Assembly (NCBI GenBank): GCA_964583985.1
Contig: CAZOYD010000026.1
Location: 1-42,866, forward strand
Length of the DNA: 42,866 nt
Source of the DNA: an uncultured archaeon
Lineage (GTDB): Archaea > Asgardarchaeota > Lokiarchaeia > Sigyniarchaeales > SOKP01
Direction: 5' to 3'
Positions 19,889 to 29,174 of this stretch are shown in pieces. The stretch's first letter is position 1; each line of letters begins with the position of its first letter. The notes under the pieces are model-generated. The model did not search any database, had not been told where the DNA came from, and saw nothing but the letters and a program-made list of their open reading frames with translations. The position numbers and the translations under genes were made by a program.

Positions 19889-20347
19889 TTATTTATTCAG
19901 ATATACAACAACTAAACCATCAATATTCTTAGTTGCTCTTACTTTAATCTTACGTGGAGGTTTCTGGATTCCTCGTGCCCATATCGCTTCGTTAACTTCT
20001 TGAGAAATCACTAATGTTTCTGGTTTAAAATGCCTTTCCATAAATTCTCTTAAAAAGCGAACTGACTTATTTGCTCGTTTATTACGAGGACCGTGTCGAG
20101 CTTTTGCTAAAGGCACTGTATAAATTCGTTCATCGATTATTTCTTCCTTGATTTCTTCTTCCTCTTCTTCTTCTTCGAGTTCTTCTTCAAAGACTTGACT
20201 AATTCCTTCTTCAGGAGTTACTTCTTCAATACTAAATTCATCGATTTCTTCAATCTCTTCATCTAATTGAGAAGATTCCTCTTCAGTTTCAGACAATTCA
20301 TGTTCTAAATCATCCAAACTAATATCTTTCGCTTTCTTTTTTGCCAT
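19889..20347 (-). CDS. rpl31e: 50S ribosomal protein eL31 with acidic N-terminal extension
   Basis: ERIYTVPL...RANKSVRFLREF...VNEAIWARGIQKPPRKIKV. Confidence 0.95.
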   Translation of the reverse strand: MAKKKAKDISLDDLEHELSETEEESSQLDEEIEEIDEFSIEEVTPEEGISQVFEEELEEEEEEEEIKEEIIDERIYTVPLAKARHGPRNKRANKSVRFLREFMERHFKPETLVISQEVNEAIWARGIQKPPRKIKVRATKNIDGLVVVYLNK

Positions 20348-20406
20348 GTTTTTTTCACACTTTTTTTTGAGTCACATATTAAACTTGAAAAGCCATAATA
20401 CGTTTC

Positions 20407-20568
20407 TTAATCTCTCTTTAGTCGTGAATTTCTCCATTTTCTATTTGAGTAGGGACTTGATCTGATACTATTCCCCGTTTTTCTAACAATCCATGTTGGT
20501 AATGATTGACTTTGCTTCATCTTTTTTCCTCTTCTTATTTTCGAAGGTAAGTCTTTATTCCTTGCCAT
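20407..20568 (-). CDS. rpl39e: 50S ribosomal protein eL39 (not in the ORF track; 53 aa)
   Basis: Translated by hand: MARNKDLPSKIRRGKKMKQSQSLPTWIVRKTGNSIRSSPYSNRKWRNSRLKRD. Lies between PDCD5 and rpl31e as expected. Confidence 0.93.
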   Translation of the reverse strand: MARNKDLPSKIRRGKKMKQSQSLPTWIVRKTGNSIRSSPYSNRKWRNSRLKRD

Positions 20569-20585
20569 CTTTATCATCTTCTGGT

Positions 20586-20927
20586 TTATTTTTTAATTTT
20601 ATATTCTTTTTTGTTTTCCATTGAACTGAGTTGTTCTAGAATTTTTTTAAATTCTTTATCTGGTAATGGAGTAGCTCCCCTTAACCGACCAGATTGATAT
20701 AATTGGATTAATTGAAGTTCTATTTGCTCAGCATATTGAGATCTTACTATGCGAATGTTCTCTAACCTTTGCCTTCCTTCTGGGCTCAAAATTTTGCGCA
20801 TGATCAAATATTTCTTGCTTTCGTACTCTTTCTGTTGATTTTCAGCATACTGTTGCTGCATTGCTTGCATTTGTAGTTCCTCCAATTTTCTTCTTCTTAT
20901 CTCTTCTAACTCGTTTTCGTCACTCAT
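20586..20927 (-). CDS. PDCD5-like double-stranded DNA-binding protein
   Basis: ELEEIRRRKLEEL...ILSPEGRQRLENIRIVR...IELQLIQL. Confidence 0.92.
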   Translation of the reverse strand: MSDENELEEIRRRKLEELQMQAMQQQYAENQQKEYESKKYLIMRKILSPEGRQRLENIRIVRSQYAEQIELQLIQLYQSGRLRGATPLPDKEFKKILEQLSSMENKKEYKIKK

Positions 20928-20962
20928 AGAAAAACCCCCAAATCTTTGACTTAATTATGGAA

Positions 20963-21385
20963 TTATTTTTTTCTTAAAATTTCATATGCCAACCTTTCTA
21001 AAAGTCCGGTACCTTCAGGAGAAACAATTCTCCCCTTTTTTTCGTATTTATCAAGTAAATTTGCATCCTCTAATTGTTGGATAGCAACTCGAATTATTTT
21101 ACCGCTTCCTCTAGCACTATGATTTAAGCCATGACTTTTCCTATTTTTGCCGCCATAAGATTTTCTCAAGCGATTTACTCCAATTGGTCCGAATTTCTTC
21201 ACTTTTCTTAAAATTGAAGCGCATCGAACATACCAGAAATTTTCTGAATCTATAGGTGCTAATTCCTTGAAGAAGGCTGTTTTCCAATATTCTGAGCCTT
21301 CGGGAGGCTTAATTTCAGGATATTCTTTTAATTTTTCTGCTAATGTTGTGATGAGTTTATCGGGTTCTACGACATAAATGGACAT
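20963..21385 (-). CDS. rps19e: 30S ribosomal protein eS19
   Basis: KTAFFKELAP, WYVRCASILRK, GPIGVNRLRKSYGG, GSGKIIR. Confidence 0.96.
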   Translation of the reverse strand: MSIYVVEPDKLITTLAEKLKEYPEIKPPEGSEYWKTAFFKELAPIDSENFWYVRCASILRKVKKFGPIGVNRLRKSYGGKNRKSHGLNHSARGSGKIIRVAIQQLEDANLLDKYEKKGRIVSPEGTGLLERLAYEILRKK

Positions 21386-21483
21386 GTTAATCTTTAATTT
21401 ATAAGTATAATATTATTAATATAATAGATTTTAAAATGTGAATTAAATTAAAAATTTTATGGAAATTTTGCTTTTTTGGGAAT

Positions 21484-21759
21484 ATGGATTATCAAGACAC
21501 ATTTAAGCGAGTATTATTAGCATCACCGCATTGCAATCTAGGCAAAAAGGGCATAACTGATGAGTTTATTGACCACGTGTTAAAATTATTAAAAAGATAC
21601 AAAATAATTAAGATTAAAGCCTTAAAAAGTATAGCAACTAAATCTAACATTCAACAGATAGCAAAAAAAATTTCAGAACTAACTGATTCCCGCGTTTTAG
21701 ATGTTCGAGGAAAAATGATCATACTTGGGATTATAAAATCTGATTTAAAAAAGAATTGA
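21484..21759 (+). CDS. YhbY/CRM RNA-binding protein
   Basis: NLGKKGITDEFI...IIKIK...DVRGKMIIL. Confidence 0.85.
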   Translation: MDYQDTFKRVLLASPHCNLGKKGITDEFIDHVLKLLKRYKIIKIKALKSIATKSNIQQIAKKISELTDSRVLDVRGKMIILGIIKSDLKKN

Positions 21760-21778
21760 GATATAATAGCTTCTTACA

Positions 21779-22111
21779 ATGCCTAGAGCCAAAAAAAATA
21801 ATAAAGGGCTTATCAAGCTTATAGCACGAACAAGAATGCTTTATTTGTACGAATTAGCTCATATAGTTTTCCCAAATAATAAGGAATTAGCCAATAGATA
21901 CGCATATTTAGCAAGAAAATATTCTCAAAGAGCTAAAATAAAGATACCTCAAAATTGGAAAAAAAGAACTTGTCATCATTGTAAGAAATTCCTTTATCCC
22001 GGATTAAATTGCCGCACGAGACTACATTCAAAGGGTAAAGGATCTCATATATCAATGACCTGTTTAGAATGCAATCAGACTACTAGATATTACATAAAAA
22101 GTAATAGATAA
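21779..22111 (+). CDS. rnp4: Ribonuclease P protein component 4 (Rpp21)
   Basis: IARTRM, LANRYAYLARK, CHHC..LYPG, TCLEC..RY. Confidence 0.92.
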   Translation: MPRAKKNNKGLIKLIARTRMLYLYELAHIVFPNNKELANRYAYLARKYSQRAKIKIPQNWKKRTCHHCKKFLYPGLNCRTRLHSKGKGSHISMTCLECNQTTRYYIKSNR

Positions 22112-22129
22112 TATCAAGAATGATAATAT

Positions 22130-22804
22130 ATGACCCTAATCATAATTTTGGTAGAATCCGGTTTAGAGATAATTCCAAAACAAATTAGAAATCATCCAGC
22201 TGTCACAAAAAACCTAATCAAAAGGAATTTTTCTTCACAATTGTTGGATTCAGCTTTGCATCACGCAGCTATGCCAAAATTATCGAATCACGAAAGACGA
22301 GGTAGACCTGATATTGTCCATAGTTGTATATTAAATGCGTTGGGTTCGCCTGCTAACAAAAGTGGTCAATTAAAATTCTTTTTTCATACCATTCAAGATC
22401 GAATATTTAAGATTGATCCCGAAATTAGAATCTCTCGAAATTATAACAGGTTTAAAGGATTGATGACGAAACTTCTTATTGAAGGTGATATTGTGGCTAA
22501 TAATATACCATTAATTACAGAAATACATCAAGGTTTACCAGAATTAGTAAATTCTTTCAGAAATGCAGAGGTCTTTTTATTTTCCAGTAGAGGAAAGTCA
22601 ATATTGAATAAAACTGAATTATTTAATAATCCAAAATCTCAAAATTACGTAGCTATAGTAGGAGGATTTCAAAAAGGATATTTCTCAGAAAATATATTAA
22701 AACTTACAGAAAATTTACTATCCATTTCTCAATACTCATTAGATGCTTGGATTGTAATTGGCAGGATCACCACTTATTATGAAATTACTAAGGAAATTTC
22801 ATAG
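22130..22804 (+). CDS. nep1: 16S rRNA pseudouridine N1-methyltransferase Nep1/Emg1
   Basis: LLDSALHH, RGRPDIVH, RISRNYNRFKGLM, VGGFQKGYF. Confidence 0.93.
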   Translation: MTLIIILVESGLEIIPKQIRNHPAVTKNLIKRNFSSQLLDSALHHAAMPKLSNHERRGRPDIVHSCILNALGSPANKSGQLKFFFHTIQDRIFKIDPEIRISRNYNRFKGLMTKLLIEGDIVANNIPLITEIHQGLPELVNSFRNAEVFLFSSRGKSILNKTELFNNPKSQNYVAIVGGFQKGYFSENILKLTENLLSISQYSLDAWIVIGRITTYYEITKEIS

Positions 22805-22881
22805 TATTCTATTAGTTGAGACAATAGTAATATGAGAAACTTTTTTTTAAATCACACATATATCTCAATTGTCTATTTTTT

Positions 22882-22952
22882 GCGTTCTTAGTATAGTGGT
22901 AGAATCGTGGCCTTCCAAGCCATGGACGCGGGTTCGACTCCCGCAGGACGCA
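22882..22952 (+). tRNA. tRNA-Gly(UCC), intronless
   Basis: Acceptor GCGTTCT/AGGACGC. Anticodon arm GTGGC-CT-TCC-AA-GCCAT. T arm GCGGG-TTCGACT-CCCGC. 71 nt, CCA not encoded. Confidence 0.96.
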
Positions 22953-23450
22953 TTTTATTATTTTCTCCCTTCATTTAAAAAATGAAGCTATGGATATCTA
23001 CGTGAAACGATGATTTCACGAAAAATTACTTAATTTTTATAGAAAATAGAAATTACATTCTCGAATTTTCGTGATAACCTTGAAAAAAAGCGTTTTTTCA
23101 AGTCATGCATTTAAAATTCTTACACAGCTTAAAAACACGATGCCTTCCTCTTTTTTTAGATCCTCTGAAAATCGATTTATTAAAAAAATAGAGTATTTTT
23201 AATAATACGGGGATTACGAATATTACCGATATTATTAATCCGTTATAAATTATTACCAAAAGATATATAATAATAAATTTGTATGTATATTTTGAAAGAA
23301 CGCCTATTGCTATATTGTTCCATTTCCATATTTTGTCACTTTTTAAAATCTTATTAGGCGTTTTTTCTCTTAAAATCCTTAATTATTGTCTGCAGTAAGC
23401 TTTTATGGAATTTTTTCCTCTATTATATTACGATTCATTAATGTAGAATA

Positions 23451-24599
23451 ATGACCAGTAACATTAAAATAAGTTATAAGGAATTTAAGACCGCCTTAAA
23501 CAAGCTAAAATATCCTGATTCTTGGTTTTGGGCTCGATATACAACCAATCCATATTCAGGGTGTGAACACGCGTGTATATATTGCGATGCGCGAAGCAAT
23601 CGCTATTATTTAGAACAAGATTTTGAAAATGAGGTCATAGTAAAAACTAATTTTAATATGATTTTAGAACAAAAAATTAAAAGATCACGATCTTTACTCC
23701 CAGATGTGGTAGGTCCTGGAGGTATTAGTGATGCTTACCAACCTATAGAAACAGTAATAAAAAACACACAACAACTATTGAAGGTTTTTCAAAAATATAA
23801 ATTTCCTGTAAATATAGCGACAAAATCTAAGTTAATATCACGAGATATCGATATCTTACAGAAAATAGCCGAAGACACCTGGTGTACCGTTGGATTTTCT
23901 ATCACGTCCGTGGATCCCGATTTAGTTAATTTTTTGGAACCACATTCCTCTTCCACTCCGGAAAGGTTCAAGACTCTCAAATTTATAAAAGAAAACGCTC
24001 CTAATGTTCAAGTTGGCACCTATTTCATGCCTATAATCCCCTTTTTAGAAGATGATGAGGATAACCTGGAAGGTATAATAAAAGGATCGAAGAATGCCGG
24101 AGCGGATTTCATCTTATTTTCGCCAGGTTTAACATTAAGGGATTCTCAAGCGACTTTCTTCATTAACAAGCTTAAGAACAGTAAATATAAGGATGTTATA
24201 AAACCATTGTTAGATCTATTTAAAGGAAAGAATTATCCCCCTTCTTACTATGCTCGTGAAATACATTCTAAATTATATAAATTAGCTAACGATTACAGAA
24301 TTCCTATCAGAATAAAAAGATGGATACCATCAGATTATCGGAAGTGGAATTATAAAGTTTCAGAACTCCTCCTCAATAAGGAGTATAATGATACAATTGC
24401 ATTTGGAAAATCAAATAATAATATGAAATGGGCGGGTCTAAAATTGAATAATTTAAAGGAATCTATTCTGGATGTCTATAAAAAAGGTGCCCTTAAATCC
24501 TTAGATAATTTCAATTCTGAGGTGATTAATTTAGTCGAACCTTTCCTAAAAAATAAGAAAGATATATCAAAAAAAAGAGGAATTGAATACTTTTTATGA
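23451..24599 (+). CDS. Radical SAM protein, SplB/Rv2578c-like (putative DNA repair)
   Basis: NPYSGCEHACIYC (CxxxCxxC), SDAYQPIE, IATKS..I.RDID, LEP, MPIIPFLED. Confidence 0.85.
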   Translation: MTSNIKISYKEFKTALNKLKYPDSWFWARYTTNPYSGCEHACIYCDARSNRYYLEQDFENEVIVKTNFNMILEQKIKRSRSLLPDVVGPGGISDAYQPIETVIKNTQQLLKVFQKYKFPVNIATKSKLISRDIDILQKIAEDTWCTVGFSITSVDPDLVNFLEPHSSSTPERFKTLKFIKENAPNVQVGTYFMPIIPFLEDDEDNLEGIIKGSKNAGADFILFSPGLTLRDSQATFFINKLKNSKYKDVIKPLLDLFKGKNYPPSYYAREIHSKLYKLANDYRIPIRIKRWIPSDYRKWNYKVSELLLNKEYNDTIAFGKSNNNMKWAGLKLNNLKESILDVYKKGALKSLDNFNSEVINLVEPFLKNKKDISKKRGIEYFL

Positions 24600-25339
24600 T
24601 TGATGAGATACTTAATGAGATCAAAACGCAATTAGAAGAGAATAAACCAGCTCTTGAGCAAGAACAAAAACAGAGAATGTACAAGATAATAAATCCAGAC
24701 ATAGAAGATTATGAAATTTTAGGAATAAAAACTGCTAACATAGAAAAAATCGTAAAAATAGTATATGAAAAATTTGATTGTACTTATAAGGATGCAATCG
24801 AAGTCTATAGAATCCTCTCAAGATATAATATTGAAGAATTCAAATTCGCTGCTTTCTTGTTTCTCAATAAATTTAAGAGGTATTTCTCAGAAAACACTTT
24901 AGATGTTTTTTATGAAATTTTTTTTAAATATTGTCATACTTGGAGTGTATGTGATAGTACTAGTATCAGAGTGATTGGCCCTTTTTTAGCTAAGAAGGAA
25001 AATGAACTTGTAGTACGTAAGATTATAAATGAGTGGTCAGAATCCGAAAATCTTTGGATTAAGCGAGCCTCAATGGTGATTTTGCTTAAAATAGTTATGG
25101 TAAATAAAGATTTCGAGGAAGATATAGTATTTAATTTAGTGGAAAAAATGTTACATTATATCGATTGGAATTATATTGAAAAAGGAATAGGATGGCTTCT
25201 TAAAACTTGCTCAAAATATAAAACGGATATAATTATGAATTATCTAATCAAAAATAAAAAACATCTCTCAAAATTGATTTTAAGGTACGCAAGTGAAAAA
25301 CTTCCCAAAGATAAAAGAACTATAGTATTGTCAATATAA
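24596..25339 (+). CDS. DNA alkylation repair protein (AlkD-like HEAT repeat)
   Basis: HTWSVCD, WSESENLWIKRAS, IEKGIGWLLK, RYASEK. ATGA overlap with the radical SAM gene. Confidence 0.87.
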   Translation: MIDEILNEIKTQLEENKPALEQEQKQRMYKIINPDIEDYEILGIKTANIEKIVKIVYEKFDCTYKDAIEVYRILSRYNIEEFKFAAFLFLNKFKRYFSENTLDVFYEIFFKYCHTWSVCDSTSIRVIGPFLAKKENELVVRKIINEWSESENLWIKRASMVILLKIVMVNKDFEEDIVFNLVEKMLHYIDWNYIEKGIGWLLKTCSKYKTDIIMNYLIKNKKHLSKLILRYASEKLPKDKRTIVLSI

Positions 25340-25530
25340 CAGTTTCAGTACAGTAATTGAATCGATGAATGTGGATTCAACTCTATTATTGAACGATCAT
25401 TCATTTCTAAAAATTAAAAGATCTTCATAAGTCGTCCTCAATGGGCTCTAAATGCACTAATTTGATTCTATCATAAGATTAATGGAATGTGCAAGGAAAT
25501 TTTGCTTTTGTTGGGATTTTTTCACTCTAT

Positions 25531-26901
25531 CTATTTGGTATTATTCTTTTTTTTGATGTGTAAAACAAAAAATAATACGGAACTTTCCATGACCAAAAAA
25601 GATATGAATGAAATGATTTCTTGCTTTATATTAATAATATTATAAGCTATTAGAATCAAAAGAAAAAAGCTTGTCAGAATCATCCCTAATAATGGGAAAA
25701 GTGCTTTACTTTGTGTTTCCTTTTTAACCTTATAATTTGTGAAATTAATTATAAAGAAAACTTGAGCAAATATTAACCCAGCAGCGCTAGCAATTGCTAA
25801 TGAGCCTCCAGTTAAAATGGTAAAAATAGCGCTAATAATACTAATAAATAGGATTGCATTATAGGGAACTTTATTTTTGCTTAGCAATGATAATTTTTGA
25901 GGAAATATTCGATCAATTCCTAATAAGTATATTAAACGAGAAGCTCCTAAAATAGTAGCATTTAAAGCGCTTGCCGTTGATAATAGCACACCAATGATGA
26001 TAATTACCATTCCATATCTTCCCATAAAACTTAATGCTGCATTAGCAATGGCAATTTCAGCATTGTGAACCCCCCCTCCAATTAAACCTGAAATACCTAA
26101 AACAGCAATTGCGGTAAAACCAACGGAACAATATAAAATCATTGAAATTATAACGGACCATCGCATCATCTTCAGGCCTCCCTTGACATCTTCCATTTCA
26201 TAGGGAACATAAGCAATTAGCTGAAAACCTTGATATGAAACAATAATCGAAGCACTTCCAATTAACAATCCTGTTATATCTATCTTATTTAAAGAATTAA
26301 TATTGAAACCAACGTTCAAGATCATCTGTTGAGGAGATTGCAGTGCATAACTTATTCCAGCAATGCTAAATACAATCAAGATTAAAACTTTTACAATTAC
26401 TAAGATATTTTGTAATCGACCAGATTCTTTGACTCCTCTTAAATTTAATAGCGTAAATAACATAAAAATTACAATGATAATAACCGAGAGCAATAGATAA
26501 TTATATTCTACATTAAATAGATGAAGAAAATAGATGCTAAATGTATAAGCATATAAAGCCATTGAAGTAATGTATCCAAAGATTAATAGCAAGCCTGCGA
26601 ATGGCCCTAAAATTTGCAATCTCTTATCCTTAAATGCGCCTTGAATCACAGAATACTCGCCTCCAGGACCACTCCATCTAAAGTTGAGTTTTTCGTATGA
26701 ATAGACCGTGATTAAAGCTACAAATCCCGTAATTAAATAAGAAATATAGGAATATGGTCCTGTATAGATTGATATTACACCTATTACGCTAAATATTCCT
26801 CCACCGATAAGACCCCCGATCCCTATCATTAAGCAACTGAATTTGCTGAGATGTTTATGAAATATGAATTGATCTTTTAAATATATGTTAGATTCGTGCA
26901 T
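25531..26901 (-). CDS. APC-family amino acid permease
   Basis: IGGLIGGGIF, GGEY, SYQGFQ, SALNATILGASR; about 12 TM segments. Confidence 0.9.
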   Translation of the reverse strand: MHESNIYLKDQFIFHKHLSKFSCLMIGIGGLIGGGIFSVIGVISIYTGPYSYISYLITGFVALITVYSYEKLNFRWSGPGGEYSVIQGAFKDKRLQILGPFAGLLLIFGYITSMALYAYTFSIYFLHLFNVEYNYLLLSVIIIVIFMLFTLLNLRGVKESGRLQNILVIVKVLILIVFSIAGISYALQSPQQMILNVGFNINSLNKIDITGLLIGSASIIVSYQGFQLIAYVPYEMEDVKGGLKMMRWSVIISMILYCSVGFTAIAVLGISGLIGGGVHNAEIAIANAALSFMGRYGMVIIIIGVLLSTASALNATILGASRLIYLLGIDRIFPQKLSLLSKNKVPYNAILFISIISAIFTILTGGSLAIASAAGLIFAQVFFIINFTNYKVKKETQSKALFPLLGMILTSFFLLILIAYNIINIKQEIISFISFLVMESSVLFFVLHIKKKNNTK

Positions 26902-27146
26902 AATGAAAGAATTAGGGGTTAAATTCCTTAAACGTACATTACTAATTTAAAGTTTATAATATGTCCCAAATTAAATACTTTATCTTAATAATTGATAATC
27001 ATATTAGTATGAATAAAAGCTGTCAGTCCGTCGATTTGGACGAATAAATTATCAGTAGGATTGAGAAGAAATTAAAAAGTCAATTTTTATTTCCGTTACT
27101 TCAATTTGATTTTCAATTAACAAAATTGAGTAGTTTCATCAATTCC

Positions 27147-27464
27147 TTATTTTTCTGCCTGAGAGAGCTCCATCGCGCTACCTTCAGTGCAATAATAACG
27201 CCAGCGAAGACTCATTGTTTTTGTGATTGGGCATTCACTACATAAACAACCTTTTTTCTCCGTTATTATTGAGCTTTTCCCCATCATGCAAAAAGCAAGA
27301 TTTTTTTCACCAGTCCCTATGTAGCTTGGACATTTTCCGCAATATTCCCTACACATATATATTACTTGTTCACGGCTTTCCTTCTGCTGTTTTGGAGTCA
27401 TCTTGCTATATAGCATTTTCATCTTTTCTTCATAAGTGGCATTATTGAAATTTTCTTCTGACAT
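27147..27464 (-). CDS. Cys-rich DUF2769-like protein
   Basis: C..YCGKCPSY...FCMMGKS..I...KGCLCSECPI...YYC. Confidence 0.75.
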   Translation of the reverse strand: MSEENFNNATYEEKMKMLYSKMTPKQQKESREQVIYMCREYCGKCPSYIGTGEKNLAFCMMGKSSIITEKKGCLCSECPITKTMSLRWRYYCTEGSAMELSQAEK

Positions 27465-27985
27465 TAGTATTATACCAACTTTTTTTCTTTCTATTTTTCA
27501 TATTATTTCATATTAAACCGTAATTATTTAATATTATGAGCTAGCAGAAAATAAGTAATACGATTTGGTAAAATTATAAATCTTTACTTTATTATTTTTT
27601 TACATCGATATCCATGATGATAATAGCAAACTTAACAAAAAATATGCTATAAAAAGGTTTGATTTGAATTTTGAATGCAGAAAATAAAATAAAGCGAGTA
27701 CAGAAAAAAATCTTATTTCATGACCCTTTATGATAATGGTTTTGATAATCCCAGGATTAAAATTTTGAATTCTAAATGTAAAGTAATATTATCAAATTCT
27801 CATTTTTTTATTGAATCCTATCCAGAAAAGCCATTGATCCTTATGGAATCATGTGAATGATGACAAATTTGTGTGAAAAGAAAAAGATCTAGTAAACAAT
27901 TTTAATTAGAATAAATATCGAATATCAATTATTAGTTGGTCAAAAACCTTACTACATTCGGTTATCTCCTAATTATTATGAGAGA

Positions 27986-28168
27986 TTAAGTATCATAATT
28001 TTCTTCATGGAAATTATTTTTATTTTCTCCTTTTTCCTCATCTTCATCGTTTATTTCATTCCACTCATCATCCTCTCTTTTAGTTTTCCGTTCTTCACGA
28101 TTTCTGCTCCTCTCGTTCCATTCATCCGTTTTCATCCGTTTTCTAATTTTAATTTTAATTTTTTTCAT
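27986..28168 (-). CDS. Small highly charged hypothetical protein
   Basis: ATG preceded by AGGAGA SD-like sequence; basic N-terminus, acidic C-terminus, DEWNE twice. Confidence 0.5.
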   Translation of the reverse strand: MKKIKIKIRKRMKTDEWNERSRNREERKTKREDDEWNEINDEDEEKGENKNNFHEENYDT

Positions 28169-28449
28169 AATTTTAATCTCCTACACTTTTTTCTAAATCA
28201 TAAGTTAAATCTCATTTAATCTTCTTAAACGTGCTTATTATAACTTATAAAATTTCTAAAGAAGTACTCTAATTTCTTTACCAGATTTTTGTTTTAAAAA
28301 GAAAGCTTCGAGATCATGAGATCAGTTCTCAATGTTAAGACTGAGGATTTCCAGAATTAATTGCTTAAGCAGTTCGAAGGATGATAGTTAAAAACATTTT
28401 TTACAGAAGAATTACATATCAACTCTAGTTTTGTACCTTTTTTAACTAA

Positions 28450-28992
28450 TTAACTTTCTGGAGGTGGAGGGGGCGGGGGTGGTTTTGATTTTTCACTATT
28501 AATTTCAGATTTTTCATCTATTTCTTTTTTTTTATTATACAATAGCTTTTCAGCAAGTTGTTTAGAGATGTCATTATAAATTTTCGTATGAGGGGTAATT
28601 TTGGGTGCCGGAGGTGGAAGTGGAGATGGTTTATATACTTTCTTTGAGTTTAATTTATTTTTTGCTTGCATAAATAATGATTCTCGTCCAAAAGGCATCC
28701 CTCCTTTCTCAGATATTATTCCAAGAGTTTTAAATTGCTCTTTTTTATAATCGAGATCGTCTGTGGGATTTAAATAGAACATGCCATTTGGACAATTAAT
28801 TAGTACATCCAAAGAGAGACGAATTGTGATCCCACAATTGTGACATTTACTCGTATTCAATGTTCCATCAAGGAACCTCGCGATAAGAGAACCGTCCATA
28901 TCCAACATAGTATTGATGCTTGCATAATATATTATCTTGTTCTCTATTCCACATTTAGGACATTGAACGATTTTTAATGATAGTTGAGTCAT
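28450..28992 (-). CDS. CpXC-type zinc-ribbon protein with proline-rich C-terminus
   Basis: CPKCG...SIN...LDGTLN..KCHNCG; PSPLPPPAP and C-terminal KPPPPPPPPES. Confidence 0.7.
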   Translation of the reverse strand: MTQLSLKIVQCPKCGIENKIIYYASINTMLDMDGSLIARFLDGTLNTSKCHNCGITIRLSLDVLINCPNGMFYLNPTDDLDYKKEQFKTLGIISEKGGMPFGRESLFMQAKNKLNSKKVYKPSPLPPPAPKITPHTKIYNDISKQLAEKLLYNKKKEIDEKSEINSEKSKPPPPPPPPES

Positions 28993-29174
28993 TTTTTCTC
29001 TCCCAGTGAATTTTATGTAAAACTACGTTATTAATAGATAAAAGAGTTAGTATTATTTATTATTTTGAAAATAACTGGTGCAAATATTATTATTATTTGA
29101 CTTATTCAATTTTATTAATTAGTTCCTTCTGTAGCCATCCATTTTAACATATGTTTCGAATTTAACAAAAATAA

